DNA of 64,000 bases from a bacterium (lineage in GTDB: Bacteria > Bacteroidota > Rhodothermia > Balneolales > M1805), in NCBI GenBank assembly GCA_006226965.1, contig SBGQ01000018.1, positions 605 to 64,604 of the forward strand, given 5' to 3'. The position numbers and the translations under genes are program-made. This document shows, piece by piece, positions 29,570 through 38,186 of the stretch (position 1 is the stretch's first letter; each line of letters begins with the position of its first letter). The notes under the pieces were generated by a model that saw only the letters and a program-made list of their open reading frames with translations, had not been told where the DNA came from and did no database searches.

Positions 29570-29605
29570 AGTAGGTGTGAGTTTTTTAAGTGTTTAATAA
29601 AATTT

Positions 29606-30778
29606 CTATCGACTAAATGGAGTTGGCAGAGCTGGAGGATTTCCATAACTACCGCTTCCTGTTGTTCCGCCGCCTGAGCCGGCTGTGAAGTAATAAGCAG
29701 CTCCGCCTGCTGCTGCCGCTAAAAGCAGATACAACCAGGTATTAGAGCTTTTTTTAGATTCAATTTTTGGTTGAGTTGCCGAATTCAGCGTAACTGAAAT
29801 CGATTTAGATCCATCGCCGGAATACAAGGTTATTTGTCTGGATTCGTCTTTATAATTCTGTTTAGTGATACGAATCGTGTACGTATCAGGCTCTAAATCA
29901 ATGCTAAATGAGCTTGGTTTGTTTAATTGGTTGATACTCTGTCCCGCCTGATTAACAATTAATAAGTCATATCCTGAAACGTTCACATTCATGGTTAAAC
30001 GAACGGTTTCTTTTTTGAGAGTAACATTCATGGGCGTGGGTTGACCCGCATTCACCCGAATTGTTTTGTTTTCTGTCTGATAACCGCTTTTGGAAATCGA
30101 AATGGAATAATCTCCTTCAGTTAAATCGGTAAAAGTAGCAACACCTGAGCGAACAGTTCCCGTAATGGTTTTGCCTTCCTTAGGTTGAACACTAATTCGA
30201 GCGCCATCACCATCAGGAACAAAGATTTGGAGTGAGCCGAAAATATCTCGGTCGTATTGTGGCGCTTCGGAAACATCAATAGAAAAGAAAACGACCTGTT
30301 GTTTGTAAAATGTAAGAACTTCGTTAAAGGTAAATTCTCTGGAATCAATCTTTAATCGTTTTGAAGTAGCGTCTTCTGCACCTAAAAACTCATAAGCAAA
30401 TTTTAAACGAATCTGATTTCCTTTGATTCTGGAATTTGCGCCGTCAAAAAAGATCCCGTCGATACTCAACGAATTAGAACGAATCCAGTCTAAAACTCCG
30501 TCTTCTTTGAAGTATTTACGCGCGGCATCAGCAATGGTAAATACAATAACCCCTTCATCCTCTTCAAGTTTAGGTACTACCATCTCAGACGAGCTGAACT
30601 GAGCACTTTTATCTACAAAAGTGATTTTAAGTTTCCCTTTTTTTATCACATTCTGCGCCTGAGCGATTGAGAATGTACTCATCAGAGTAACAAAAAGAAC
30701 CATTACCAATCGAATGATGGTTACAGCTGTTTTGGATGATGGATTTCCGTTGTAATTCATAGTTCTAAGGTTTTTCAA
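29606..30778 (-). CDS. Envelope protein with two PEGA-like domains, a C-terminal TM helix and a Gly-rich tail
   Basis: 390 aa with an N-terminal signal anchor. The PEGA-like blocks are GDYSISISKSGYQTENKTIRVNAGQPTPMNVTL and DTYTIRITKQNYKDESRQITLYSGDGSKSISVTL. The C-terminus is WLYLLLAAAAGGAAYYF followed by GSGGGTTGSGSYGNPPALPTPFSR. Confidence 0.45.
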   Translation of the reverse strand: MKNLRTMNYNGNPSSKTAVTIIRLVMVLFVTLMSTFSIAQAQNVIKKGKLKITFVDKSAQFSSSEMVVPKLEEDEGVIVFTIADAARKYFKEDGVLDWIRSNSLSIDGIFFDGANSRIKGNQIRLKFAYEFLGAEDATSKRLKIDSREFTFNEVLTFYKQQVVFFSIDVSEAPQYDRDIFGSLQIFVPDGDGARISVQPKEGKTITGTVRSGVATFTDLTEGDYSISISKSGYQTENKTIRVNAGQPTPMNVTLKKETVRLTMNVNVSGYDLLIVNQAGQSINQLNKPSSFSIDLEPDTYTIRITKQNYKDESRQITLYSGDGSKSISVTLNSATQPKIESKKSSNTWLYLLLAAAAGGAAYYFTAGSGGGTTGSGSYGNPPALPTPFSR

Positions 30779-31832
30779 AGGAAGTAAGATGATCGGTGAG
30801 CGGGTTTAACAACATGCAAAGCACTGACAGTTTTTCAATTTGCTGTTTATTATTCAAGGTTTGATCGATGCGTAACACATGTTCATAACCTAACTCAGTA
30901 TGTTTAAAAAGAAACAAAAAGCGAATACTTAACGCATCTTTTGCAGTTAAAACACCAATTGCTTTTTGTTCGCCAAAAGCAGATAAAAATTGGATGAGGT
31001 GATTCAATGTGTTCGATTTTTCACTCACATCAGAATAATGCAAGGTATCTCGTTTTACAAGTTTAATGGAGAAGTCGGCATTATTCGCGAAATCTTCTTC
31101 CGTAAAACCGGCTTCCAACCATTTTTTTAATAATGGTTGTGTTGAATCCGCTTTAATTAACATTCCGGTCGGGAAGCTGGAATCTTCATTCAAACTGTAG
31201 GATAGTTGCGGACGCGGAACAATGGGTTCTTCTAAAGAGCGGAATAAAAACTCAGTATAAAATTCGGTATTACCACCTAAGACATCCGCCAACTTCGGAC
31301 GGATATCAATATGGCAAAGAGTGTCGGAGTTTTGAATGAAAAATAAACTGCTGTGCTTGTCAGCAGATTCATAGGCGTATGTAATTTTTTTTGATTCCCA
31401 AAGTGATAGAAGGCGTTTATTGTCTTCTTTATCAAATTTCAGAAAAGCGTTTCGAACAGTAAACGAACTGCTGGTAAGATAACTCCAAAGCAAAGGTTCC
31501 ATTTGGTTGTCGAGCGCCCATAAAACCATGCCGGCTAACTGTTTTTCTAAACTTCTATCCGATTGGTCTTTCACTTGGGGCGATTGGAAAAGCCACTCAA
31601 CGGCAAAAGGTTCGCCAAATGTGGATTTATGAATTAAATAGTGTTTGTTATGATGTGTGGCAACTACGTGTTCAGCGCCCGGAATGGTAGTTGGAACAAC
31701 ACTTGATTTCGTTTCCAAGTAGGTTGAAGCTCTCCAGTTTTGATACGAATCTAAAAACAGAGATTGAGCATAACTTGCTGTCGGCAAGATGCTGCATACA
31801 ATCCAAAACCCTATCCTCAACCCCAATTTCAT
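30765..31832 (-). CDS. Hypothetical secreted protein
   Basis: 355 aa with signal peptide MKLGLRIGFWIVCSILPTASYAQS. I recognise no family. It overlaps the downstream gene by 14 nt. Confidence 0.5.
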   Translation of the reverse strand: MKLGLRIGFWIVCSILPTASYAQSLFLDSYQNWRASTYLETKSSVVPTTIPGAEHVVATHHNKHYLIHKSTFGEPFAVEWLFQSPQVKDQSDRSLEKQLAGMVLWALDNQMEPLLWSYLTSSSFTVRNAFLKFDKEDNKRLLSLWESKKITYAYESADKHSSLFFIQNSDTLCHIDIRPKLADVLGGNTEFYTEFLFRSLEEPIVPRPQLSYSLNEDSSFPTGMLIKADSTQPLLKKWLEAGFTEEDFANNADFSIKLVKRDTLHYSDVSEKSNTLNHLIQFLSAFGEQKAIGVLTAKDALSIRFLFLFKHTELGYEHVLRIDQTLNNKQQIEKLSVLCMLLNPLTDHLTSFEKP

Positions 31833-31838
31833 AGTTTT

Positions 31839-32861
31839 CTATTTTATAAGATCGAACATACTCATATCAATCACTTTGTTTTCGCCTTTAACCACAATCG
31901 GTTTTTCGTGCCAGGCTCTAACATAAATCAAAGGACGATTTTCATCCTCATAATCAATCATCAAAAACAAATATCCTTCGTCACTGTAACGTTGTGAGTT
32001 CCAAACTTGAAACAGGTTTACGCCATAAACTTCAGGATAATCAGGGTGACGAGTAATACGAACACCGTCAAATTTTACATCAATAAAGGAATTTGCCTTA
32101 AACAGATTTCGGAGACGCTCAATGTATTCATTTTTGGTCTGGGTGAGGTACTTGTAATTAGAATCGCCGCCAATTTCATCATAAGAAGGTTTTAAGCCGT
32201 CGTGTTCATCATCTTTTTTGATTTTAACCCCGCTGATGATGAGCGCTTTTTCACTAAACTGTGTTTCAATGTAATCTAAATCTTTGCGATTATAAGCTGT
32301 TCGAAACTGTTCTACATAAGAGAGGATTTGTTTACGACGTAGTTCATCCGTTAAATCCACACTGTAACGTAGCATTTTTTGATAACGAGTTTTCTCCAAA
32401 GCAAATCGAACAGAAAGCAATTGTCCCGCATTGTTAAAAAGGAGCACAAGTTCGCGGTCGTTGTCGGTACGACCTTCATTTAAGGACGCATCAATTTCAA
32501 CGGGAATACCTCGAATTTCGTAAATCTGGTCTTTTTGAACGAGTAAATCGGTTTCTATAACTTCTTCTGTTACTTTAATGTGAGTGTTTTTTACCAATTC
32601 TTTAAGTTCTTCGAAACCATCAGCGCCCTCATTCGAACGAATTTCAGTCGGAACATCTAATGAAGAGCCATCTGAATTATTAATAGCTCGCAAGACTACC
32701 GTAGCATGTAATTCTATGAGTTTATCCAAACTGGGTTCAACACCTTTGGATATAACCAACTTGGGCTGAATCTGTGCATCAACCTGAAAAAATGTTGAAG
32801 AGAAAATAAGTAGGGTGATTACAAGTGACTTCATAAACGGGACTAATTCTTTTTTACCCAA
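31839..32861 (-). CDS. Hypothetical secreted protein with a possible C-terminal NTF2-like domain
   Basis: 340 aa. The signal peptide is best read from the internal Met (MKSLVITLLIFSSTFFQVDAQ, start 32834). The C-terminal part (YVEQFRTAYNRKDLDYIETQFSEKALII ... YLFLMIDYEDENRPLIYVRAW) has an NTF2/SnoaL-like pattern. This is a weak call. Confidence 0.45.
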   Translation of the reverse strand: MGKKELVPFMKSLVITLLIFSSTFFQVDAQIQPKLVISKGVEPSLDKLIELHATVVLRAINNSDGSSLDVPTEIRSNEGADGFEELKELVKNTHIKVTEEVIETDLLVQKDQIYEIRGIPVEIDASLNEGRTDNDRELVLLFNNAGQLLSVRFALEKTRYQKMLRYSVDLTDELRRKQILSYVEQFRTAYNRKDLDYIETQFSEKALIISGVKIKKDDEHDGLKPSYDEIGGDSNYKYLTQTKNEYIERLRNLFKANSFIDVKFDGVRITRHPDYPEVYGVNLFQVWNSQRYSDEGYLFLMIDYEDENRPLIYVRAWHEKPIVVKGENKVIDMSMFDLIK

Positions 32862-34924
32862 ATTAGGTACTTACCACGATAGCTTTCAACCAGCGATACA
32901 ACTTCTGTGCCTGTATCCACTTTATAAAAACGATTCTGCGAAAAGACCAAGCGTTCATATACTTTTTCTTGATCGGCTACTAAAATTAATGCACCTTCAG
33001 AATCAGGTAAATCAGCTTGTTTGCCAAAAATAAGCTCACCTTTTGCCTTTTTGTTTGTAAGTAATGTGAGTAAACCCTTGGTAGTATTCGATTCAGAAAT
33101 TTCTTTATAAGCCTGATTAATATTCAATTTTTTAGGCGCATTTGTGTTGGCTAATGCCGACATGTCTGCGATTGCCGAATTGTCTTTTTCTTCTTTAGTG
33201 ATTTGTTCAACTACAGCAATCGGTTCACGAGCACCTTCTTTAGTTCGAATGCGCTTAGAATCTAAATCAACATACCGTTTTATGCCTAAACTTGGTTCAG
33301 CATTAAGTTCAACATCCAACTCAAACTGGCCGGATTCTTCATAGGTGTAACTTAATTTGGGTTCTGATGTGTAACGTTCTTCACCATCGCCTAAAACCCA
33401 TCTCACTTCACGAACAAGTTTCGGATCTATGTTTTCGAGTTCTAAGTCAACTCGTTTTCCGAAAAATGTCCCTTTTACTGAATATTTAAAAATATTTGTG
33501 AAATTCACTTGAATGCTTTTGGAGACTGAAAGACGTTTAATGTCTTCCAGTTCTTTTATGGTAGGATCAGACTTTAAATCGTCTGAAATATCAATAAAGA
33601 GATTAATCGTGAATTCCTCTTTAGGATATTCCGGAACATAGCCCGGCAAGTTTAGTCTGCCGCGTCCATTTCGAAGAACTTCGGTAAAATTGTAAGATTG
33701 AAATTTGAACTGATAAAGGAGTCCGTTCAGCGGATTATCCTTATACAAAATCTGAAAAGGTGCAACGATATCTTTTTCATCAATGAGATAAGCTGGACGA
33801 GCTAATACGCTTACTTGATCTTTGAGTAAAACGTCGATTTTCGAACGCATACTTTCTTGAAGGTTTTCAGTGCGTGTGCCGTCAAGAAAAGAGTAAGGCA
33901 GATTTTCGTAGTAGGTATCCGCCAAAATATACGTCTTGTAATAGCCTTTAAGTCCCGAAACTAAATTGCCGTTGGTAAAAGCCCGGTCAGCTTCATCGGC
34001 AGATGCTATAATTTTACTTTTAACGGTTTCGAAACTTTTGGCTTTGTCTTCTAATGTGATGTAAGTGAATGCATACCATTCGTTGCCGAGGTTTAAGGAA
34101 ATCGTTTGCAAACCTTGAAGAGTCATCTGAGCAAAAACACGATTTTTAGCAGTGAATTCTTCTTCAAAAACAGTTCCAGTCATGTTTTCTTTTATATCAG
34201 AAACTTTGTTACTCGATAAAAATCGGTCATCTACTTTACCGTTAATATCTGTAACAACTTGCTCAGTTGTGGCATTAACAACTGTGCCAGACTGGTTCAC
34301 ATTTACCGTTTTTTCTGAGGTGGTTAAGTTGGTTTCTGTTGTAATTTTGGCTGAGAATTGAGTAATCAAATTTCCGCGTGCGACAGCAATGGCATCATCT
34401 TGTTTTTCAGAAAATGCTTCACCAAAATTATATAATTGAGCATTTCTGTAGCGAATGGTAGCACGTTGAACTGCATAATTTTTAGCTTCATAGTCACTTA
34501 CATATAAATAGACTTCATCATTGCCGGTTTTGCCCCAAGTTAATTCTTTGGCATTCATCGGAAGTTGACGCAATTTAACACGAAGTTGTTGTTCATCTAC
34601 TTCGTCTTGGAGTGAACCGTTTGTAGTTATGGGTTCAGAAACGCGGAATTTAGCTAAAATCTTTTGTTCAATTTGTTTGCGTGCATCTTGGCGGGCATTC
34701 TCTAAAGTGTTGCCTTTTCCATACGCTGCAAAAATGCCGTTTTCTTTTTCAATTTCTTTAATTGCATTTTTAATCGCTCTGGGTTGAGCTAAAGAAACAG
34801 CAAAAAATCCCTCAAATACCAAAAAAATGACAGGAATTAGACCTGTACCCCATTTTTTAAACAATTCCATACCTATAAACGGATTTCTAAGATTCAATAA
34901 TAAAACTTGTTGAAAGTACTTCAT
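32843..34924 (-). CDS. Hypothetical envelope protein with two LPP20-like segments and a PKD-like domain
   Basis: 693 aa. The likely true start is Met19 (nt 34870), giving signal peptide MELFKKWGTGLIPVIFLVFEGFFAVSLAQP. The LPP20-like stretches are YGKGNTLENARQDARKQIEQKI and AFSEKQDDAIAVARGNLITQFSAKI. The PKD-like block is RWVLGDGEERYTSEPKLSYTYEESGQFELDVEL. Confidence 0.5.
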   Translation of the reverse strand: MKYFQQVLLLNLRNPFIGMELFKKWGTGLIPVIFLVFEGFFAVSLAQPRAIKNAIKEIEKENGIFAAYGKGNTLENARQDARKQIEQKILAKFRVSEPITTNGSLQDEVDEQQLRVKLRQLPMNAKELTWGKTGNDEVYLYVSDYEAKNYAVQRATIRYRNAQLYNFGEAFSEKQDDAIAVARGNLITQFSAKITTETNLTTSEKTVNVNQSGTVVNATTEQVVTDINGKVDDRFLSSNKVSDIKENMTGTVFEEEFTAKNRVFAQMTLQGLQTISLNLGNEWYAFTYITLEDKAKSFETVKSKIIASADEADRAFTNGNLVSGLKGYYKTYILADTYYENLPYSFLDGTRTENLQESMRSKIDVLLKDQVSVLARPAYLIDEKDIVAPFQILYKDNPLNGLLYQFKFQSYNFTEVLRNGRGRLNLPGYVPEYPKEEFTINLFIDISDDLKSDPTIKELEDIKRLSVSKSIQVNFTNIFKYSVKGTFFGKRVDLELENIDPKLVREVRWVLGDGEERYTSEPKLSYTYEESGQFELDVELNAEPSLGIKRYVDLDSKRIRTKEGAREPIAVVEQITKEEKDNSAIADMSALANTNAPKKLNINQAYKEISESNTTKGLLTLLTNKKAKGELIFGKQADLPDSEGALILVADQEKVYERLVFSQNRFYKVDTGTEVVSLVESYRGKYLIWVKKN

Positions 34925-34935
34925 TCGAAGTAATT

Positions 34936-34951
34936 GGCAAAAACAAAGCCA
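34936..34951 (-). promoter_or_regulatory. Candidate sigma-54 (-24/-12) promoter TGGCTTTGTTTTTGC
   Basis: The minus strand reads TTGGCTTTGTTTTTGCC. GG (34950-34949) and GC (34938-34937) have the canonical TGGC-N7-TTGC spacing. The element lies in the 80-nt gap upstream of the six-gene block. Confidence 0.3.
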
Positions 34952-35004
34952 AAAAAAACTCAGATATCAGAAAGATTTAATAATCTAGCTGGATATATGT
35001 TGAA

Positions 35005-35706
35005 TTACTTTTTAATAAACTTCTTTTTAAGTGCCGAATATTCACGTATATACATTTTATTTCTGCCGAAAGTAATAATTCCCTCTTTTTTCAACTCATT
35101 TAAAACTGTGGTAACGGTTTGTCTTGATGTAGCAGTTAAATGAGCAATTTCCTCGTGAGTAAAAAACGGTTTAATGAAGGCTTCATCTACTTCTGCTCGT
35201 AAATGAGGTTCACCAACTTCTAATAAAAAACTCAAAATGCGGTCTTCCGAACTCATGAAAATTAAATCGGATAACTTTTTTTCAATGAGTTGCAAACGTT
35301 CGCCGATTCGTTTGTAAACCTGGCGGGCAAGTTGCGGGTGATTGTTTATGATGTCTAAAAACTTCTTTTTCTCGAAGCTGCACACCATTACTTCTTCATC
35401 TAATGCTTCTGCCTGATGTGTTCGTTCTCCGGCATCAACTAAAGACAATTCCCCGAATATTTCACCCGGATTAACCACATACAAAGTGGTTTCTTTACCG
35501 TCTTCGGTGCCTTTTGTTATTTTTACACGACCCTTTTTAAGAAAATAGATGTAATCTGATGGGGAGCCTTGCAGGTAAATGGCTTCTTTTTTATAGGAAT
35601 TATGCAGAGCACTATCATCATCAAATTGTAAAAGCAAATCTCTAGGTATTTCCTTGAGCAAGTCAAATTGCTCGAAATGCCAAATTTTATCCAATTTATT
35701 GCTCAT
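35005..35706 (-). CDS. Crp/Fnr family transcriptional regulator
   Basis: 233 aa. The cNMP-binding fold includes GEIFGELSL, and the C-terminal HTH is EIAHLTATSRQTVTTVLNELKKEGII. Confidence 0.85.
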   Translation of the reverse strand: MSNKLDKIWHFEQFDLLKEIPRDLLLQFDDDSALHNSYKKEAIYLQGSPSDYIYFLKKGRVKITKGTEDGKETTLYVVNPGEIFGELSLVDAGERTHQAEALDEEVMVCSFEKKKFLDIINNHPQLARQVYKRIGERLQLIEKKLSDLIFMSSEDRILSFLLEVGEPHLRAEVDEAFIKPFFTHEEIAHLTATSRQTVTTVLNELKKEGIITFGRNKMYIREYSALKKKFIKK

Positions 35707-35733
35707 TACACCCCATATACCTTTTATTTTTAT

Positions 35734-36999
35734 TTATGAATCATCCCGAACAATGCTTTGCAAGATGTGACTGCTATGGGAATCAAAACCACTTAATTCA
35801 TGTCCCATTTTTTCGCGTTTTGTATTCAAATAACGCTCATTTTCTGGCCATGGTTTAAACTCGATTGGTACGCGTTCTTCAATCTCTAATCCGTAGCCTT
35901 GTAAGCCGACTCTTTTAGTCGGATTGTTAGTGAGCAATTTCATCTTCTTAACATTTAATGAGCGAAGAATTTGTGCTCCAACGCCATAGTCGCGGTGGTC
36001 CGGTTTAAATCCAAGTGCTACATTAGCTTCAACAGTATCTAAGCCTTGCTCCTGTAATTGGTAAGCTTTTAATTTGTTGATTAATCCAATTCCACGCCCT
36101 TCCTGATTCATGTACAGAACGATTCCTTTTCCTGCTTTCTCAACGGCTTCCAATGCAGCGTGTAATTGTTGGCCACAATCACAACGTTTAGAACCGAAAA
36201 TATCGCCGGTTATACAAGAGGAGTGAACGCGAACTAAGACAGGTTCTTCTTCTGTCCACTCACCTTTAGTCATGGCCAAATGAGTACCGCCGTTTAAACG
36301 TTCTTCGAAGGCGTGTAACTGAAAATCGCCATAAATAGTAGGCAGGTTTACACTGATTAAATCACGCACTAAAGTCTCATGCTCCATACGATAAGCAATG
36401 AGGTCTTTAATGGTTATCAGCTTTAAATCTAATTTTTTTGCCACTTTGATGAGGTCGGGAACACGAGCCATCGTTCCGTCTTCATTCATGATTTCGCAAA
36501 TTACACCGGCAGGTTGTAATCCGGCTAAGCGAGCTAAATCTACAGAAGCTTCTGTATGTCCGGCTCTTCTTAAAACACCGCCTTCGGCAGCGATAAGCGG
36601 GAAAATATGTCCCGGACGTCTAAAATCGTAAGGTTTTGCTTTCGGGTCTATAAGCGCCTTTATGGTATTGGAGCGGTCGCTAGCAGAAATCCCTGTAGTT
36701 GTACCTTCACGCAAATCAATAGAAACAGTAAAAGCCGTTTCCATTGATTCGGTGTTTTCGTGAACCATGCGGTCCAAATTTAATTCAAATGCGCGTTGGC
36801 GGGTAACAGGTGCGCAGATTAAACCGCGCCCTAAAGTTGCCATTTTATTTACCGCTTGTGGTGTAACAAGTTCGGCCGCCATCACAAAATCGCCTTCGTT
36901 TTCACGGTCTTCATCATCTACAACGATAATCATATCGCCACGTTTGATGGCTTCAATTGCTGATTCGATGGTATCGAAAACGATTTGTGTGTCGCTCAT
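35734..36999 (-). CDS. ribBA: Bifunctional 3,4-dihydroxy-2-butanone-4-phosphate synthase / GTP cyclohydrolase II
   Basis: 421 aa. The RibB blocks are [12 protein letters not shown] and [14 protein letters not shown]. The RibA blocks are [19 protein letters not shown] and [11 protein letters not shown]. Confidence 0.95.
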   Translation of the reverse strand: MSDTQIVFDTIESAIEAIKRGDMIIVVDDEDRENEGDFVMAAELVTPQAVNKMATLGRGLICAPVTRQRAFELNLDRMVHENTESMETAFTVSIDLREGTTTGISASDRSNTIKALIDPKAKPYDFRRPGHIFPLIAAEGGVLRRAGHTEASVDLARLAGLQPAGVICEIMNEDGTMARVPDLIKVAKKLDLKLITIKDLIAYRMEHETLVRDLISVNLPTIYGDFQLHAFEERLNGGTHLAMTKGEWTEEEPVLVRVHSSCITGDIFGSKRCDCGQQLHAALEAVEKAGKGIVLYMNQEGRGIGLINKLKAYQLQEQGLDTVEANVALGFKPDHRDYGVGAQILRSLNVKKMKLLTNNPTKRVGLQGYGLEIEERVPIEFKPWPENERYLNTKREKMGHELSGFDSHSSHILQSIVRDDS

Positions 37000-37000
37000 T

Positions 37001-37315
37001 TTATTTTTTAGGCTCTTTATTTGGGTTTACTTCAACGATAGCTGATTTTAAGAAACGAGCTTTTACGTTTGAGTCGATTTCGGCTAAGAAAGAATCTTCA
37101 TCAACTTGAGTAACAATGGCTAACATTCCGCCTGTAGTTACTACTTTGTCGCCTTTTTTAACGCCGGAAATTTTGGTTTGAAGTTCTTTTTGTTTTTTTG
37201 TTTGAGGGCGAATGATAAATAAATAGAACACCAAGAAAATAGCGCCCATAAAAACCAAACTTTGCATGCTACCGCCTGCTTGATTCGGGTCACCCATCAA
37301 TAATAAAAGATTCAT
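37001..37315 (-). CDS. yajC: Preprotein translocase subunit YajC
   Basis: 104 aa with a single TM segment. [18 protein letters not shown]...[16 protein letters not shown] is the YajC signature. Confidence 0.85.
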   Translation of the reverse strand: MNLLLLMGDPNQAGGSMQSLVFMGAIFLVFYLFIIRPQTKKQKELQTKISGVKKGDKVVTTGGMLAIVTQVDEDSFLAEIDSNVKARFLKSAIVEVNPNKEPKK

Positions 37316-37387
37316 GTAATAGAAATTTGTTTGTTGAATTTAGTTGCGGACAAAAATACAGGGAATCTGACCCATTTAAAACCAAAA

Positions 37388-37732
37388 TCAAGCCATTTCA
37401 TGAACTCGGTAAAAAGCTTTTCCGACATTGCCCATTTCAGTTAAATTGCTCACACTAATTTTACCGAACATAAATGCCATTTGGGGGCTGGTTGTGCCAA
37501 GCTCTATACCTTCGTAAGTCTTTGCGTCACCTTTTAAGACCAGCTTAGCCTCGCCTAGAAGCGTTTCGTCAACTAAGACAGTATCATTTTCAATTCTGAC
37601 AGTAAATTCACCACCGCCTTCACCTTTTAAAATAAGATGGATGGTGGACGTCCAATCAGGTAAAATTCCTTTTTTGTGACGTAACGGAAGCTGCAAAACC
37701 ATATCTCTGGCATTAGCTGGTTGTGTGGTCAT
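37388..37732 (-). CDS. SCP2 (sterol carrier protein 2-like) domain protein
   Basis: 114 aa. The pattern GGGEFTVRIENDTV ... LKGDAKTYEGIELGTTSPQMAFMFGKISVSN matches the SCP2 fold. Confidence 0.6.
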   Translation of the reverse strand: MTTQPANARDMVLQLPLRHKKGILPDWTSTIHLILKGEGGGEFTVRIENDTVLVDETLLGEAKLVLKGDAKTYEGIELGTTSPQMAFMFGKISVSNLTEMGNVGKAFYRVHEMA

Positions 37733-37811
37733 AATGAATGTGTTGAGTTAGTAGTATTTTTTAACTGTAGTTAATAAGTTAATTTTATGCAACAGCTAAA
37801 TTTACATTTAA

Positions 37812-38186
37812 ATGAACAACATACTAATTATTGATGATGACGAAAGTGTTCGTGATTTATTAAAAATTAAATTTTCGAATACATATAGAATAATAGAAGC
37901 AGATAATGGAATTTCGGGATTGGAACAGTTTAAAAAGCATAATCCCGATTTAGTTATAACAGATATTATAATGCCTGAAGAAGAGGGTTTTAAAACCATA
38001 ATTGATATCAGGAAAATTAATGCTGAAGTTCCCATTATTGCGATAACAGGAATGGTTCATATTGGCGGTTTAAATGCTCTGGAGATAGCCAAAGAGTTTG
38101 GTGCAGATGCTGGATTTCTTAAACCCATTAATATGAAAGAGATAGAAAAAGAATTGAAAGTGCTACTGGTTAATGCAAAAGTCTAA
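37812..38186 (+). CDS. Stand-alone response-regulator receiver domain (CheY-like)
   Basis: 124 aa. ILIIDDDESVRDLL gives the acidic pocket, DLVITDIIMPEEEGF the phospho-acceptor Asp, and FLKPI the conserved Lys. Confidence 0.85.
   Translation: MNNILIIDDDESVRDLLKIKFSNTYRIIEADNGISGLEQFKKHNPDLVITDIIMPEEEGFKTIIDIRKINAEVPIIAITGMVHIGGLNALEIAKEFGADAGFLKPINMKEIEKELKVLLVNAKV

Noticed and set aside
36997-37003. An FMN riboswitch upstream of ribBA.
   Set aside because: The ribBA ATG lies 1 nt after the yajC stop codon. There is no leader in which a riboswitch could sit.
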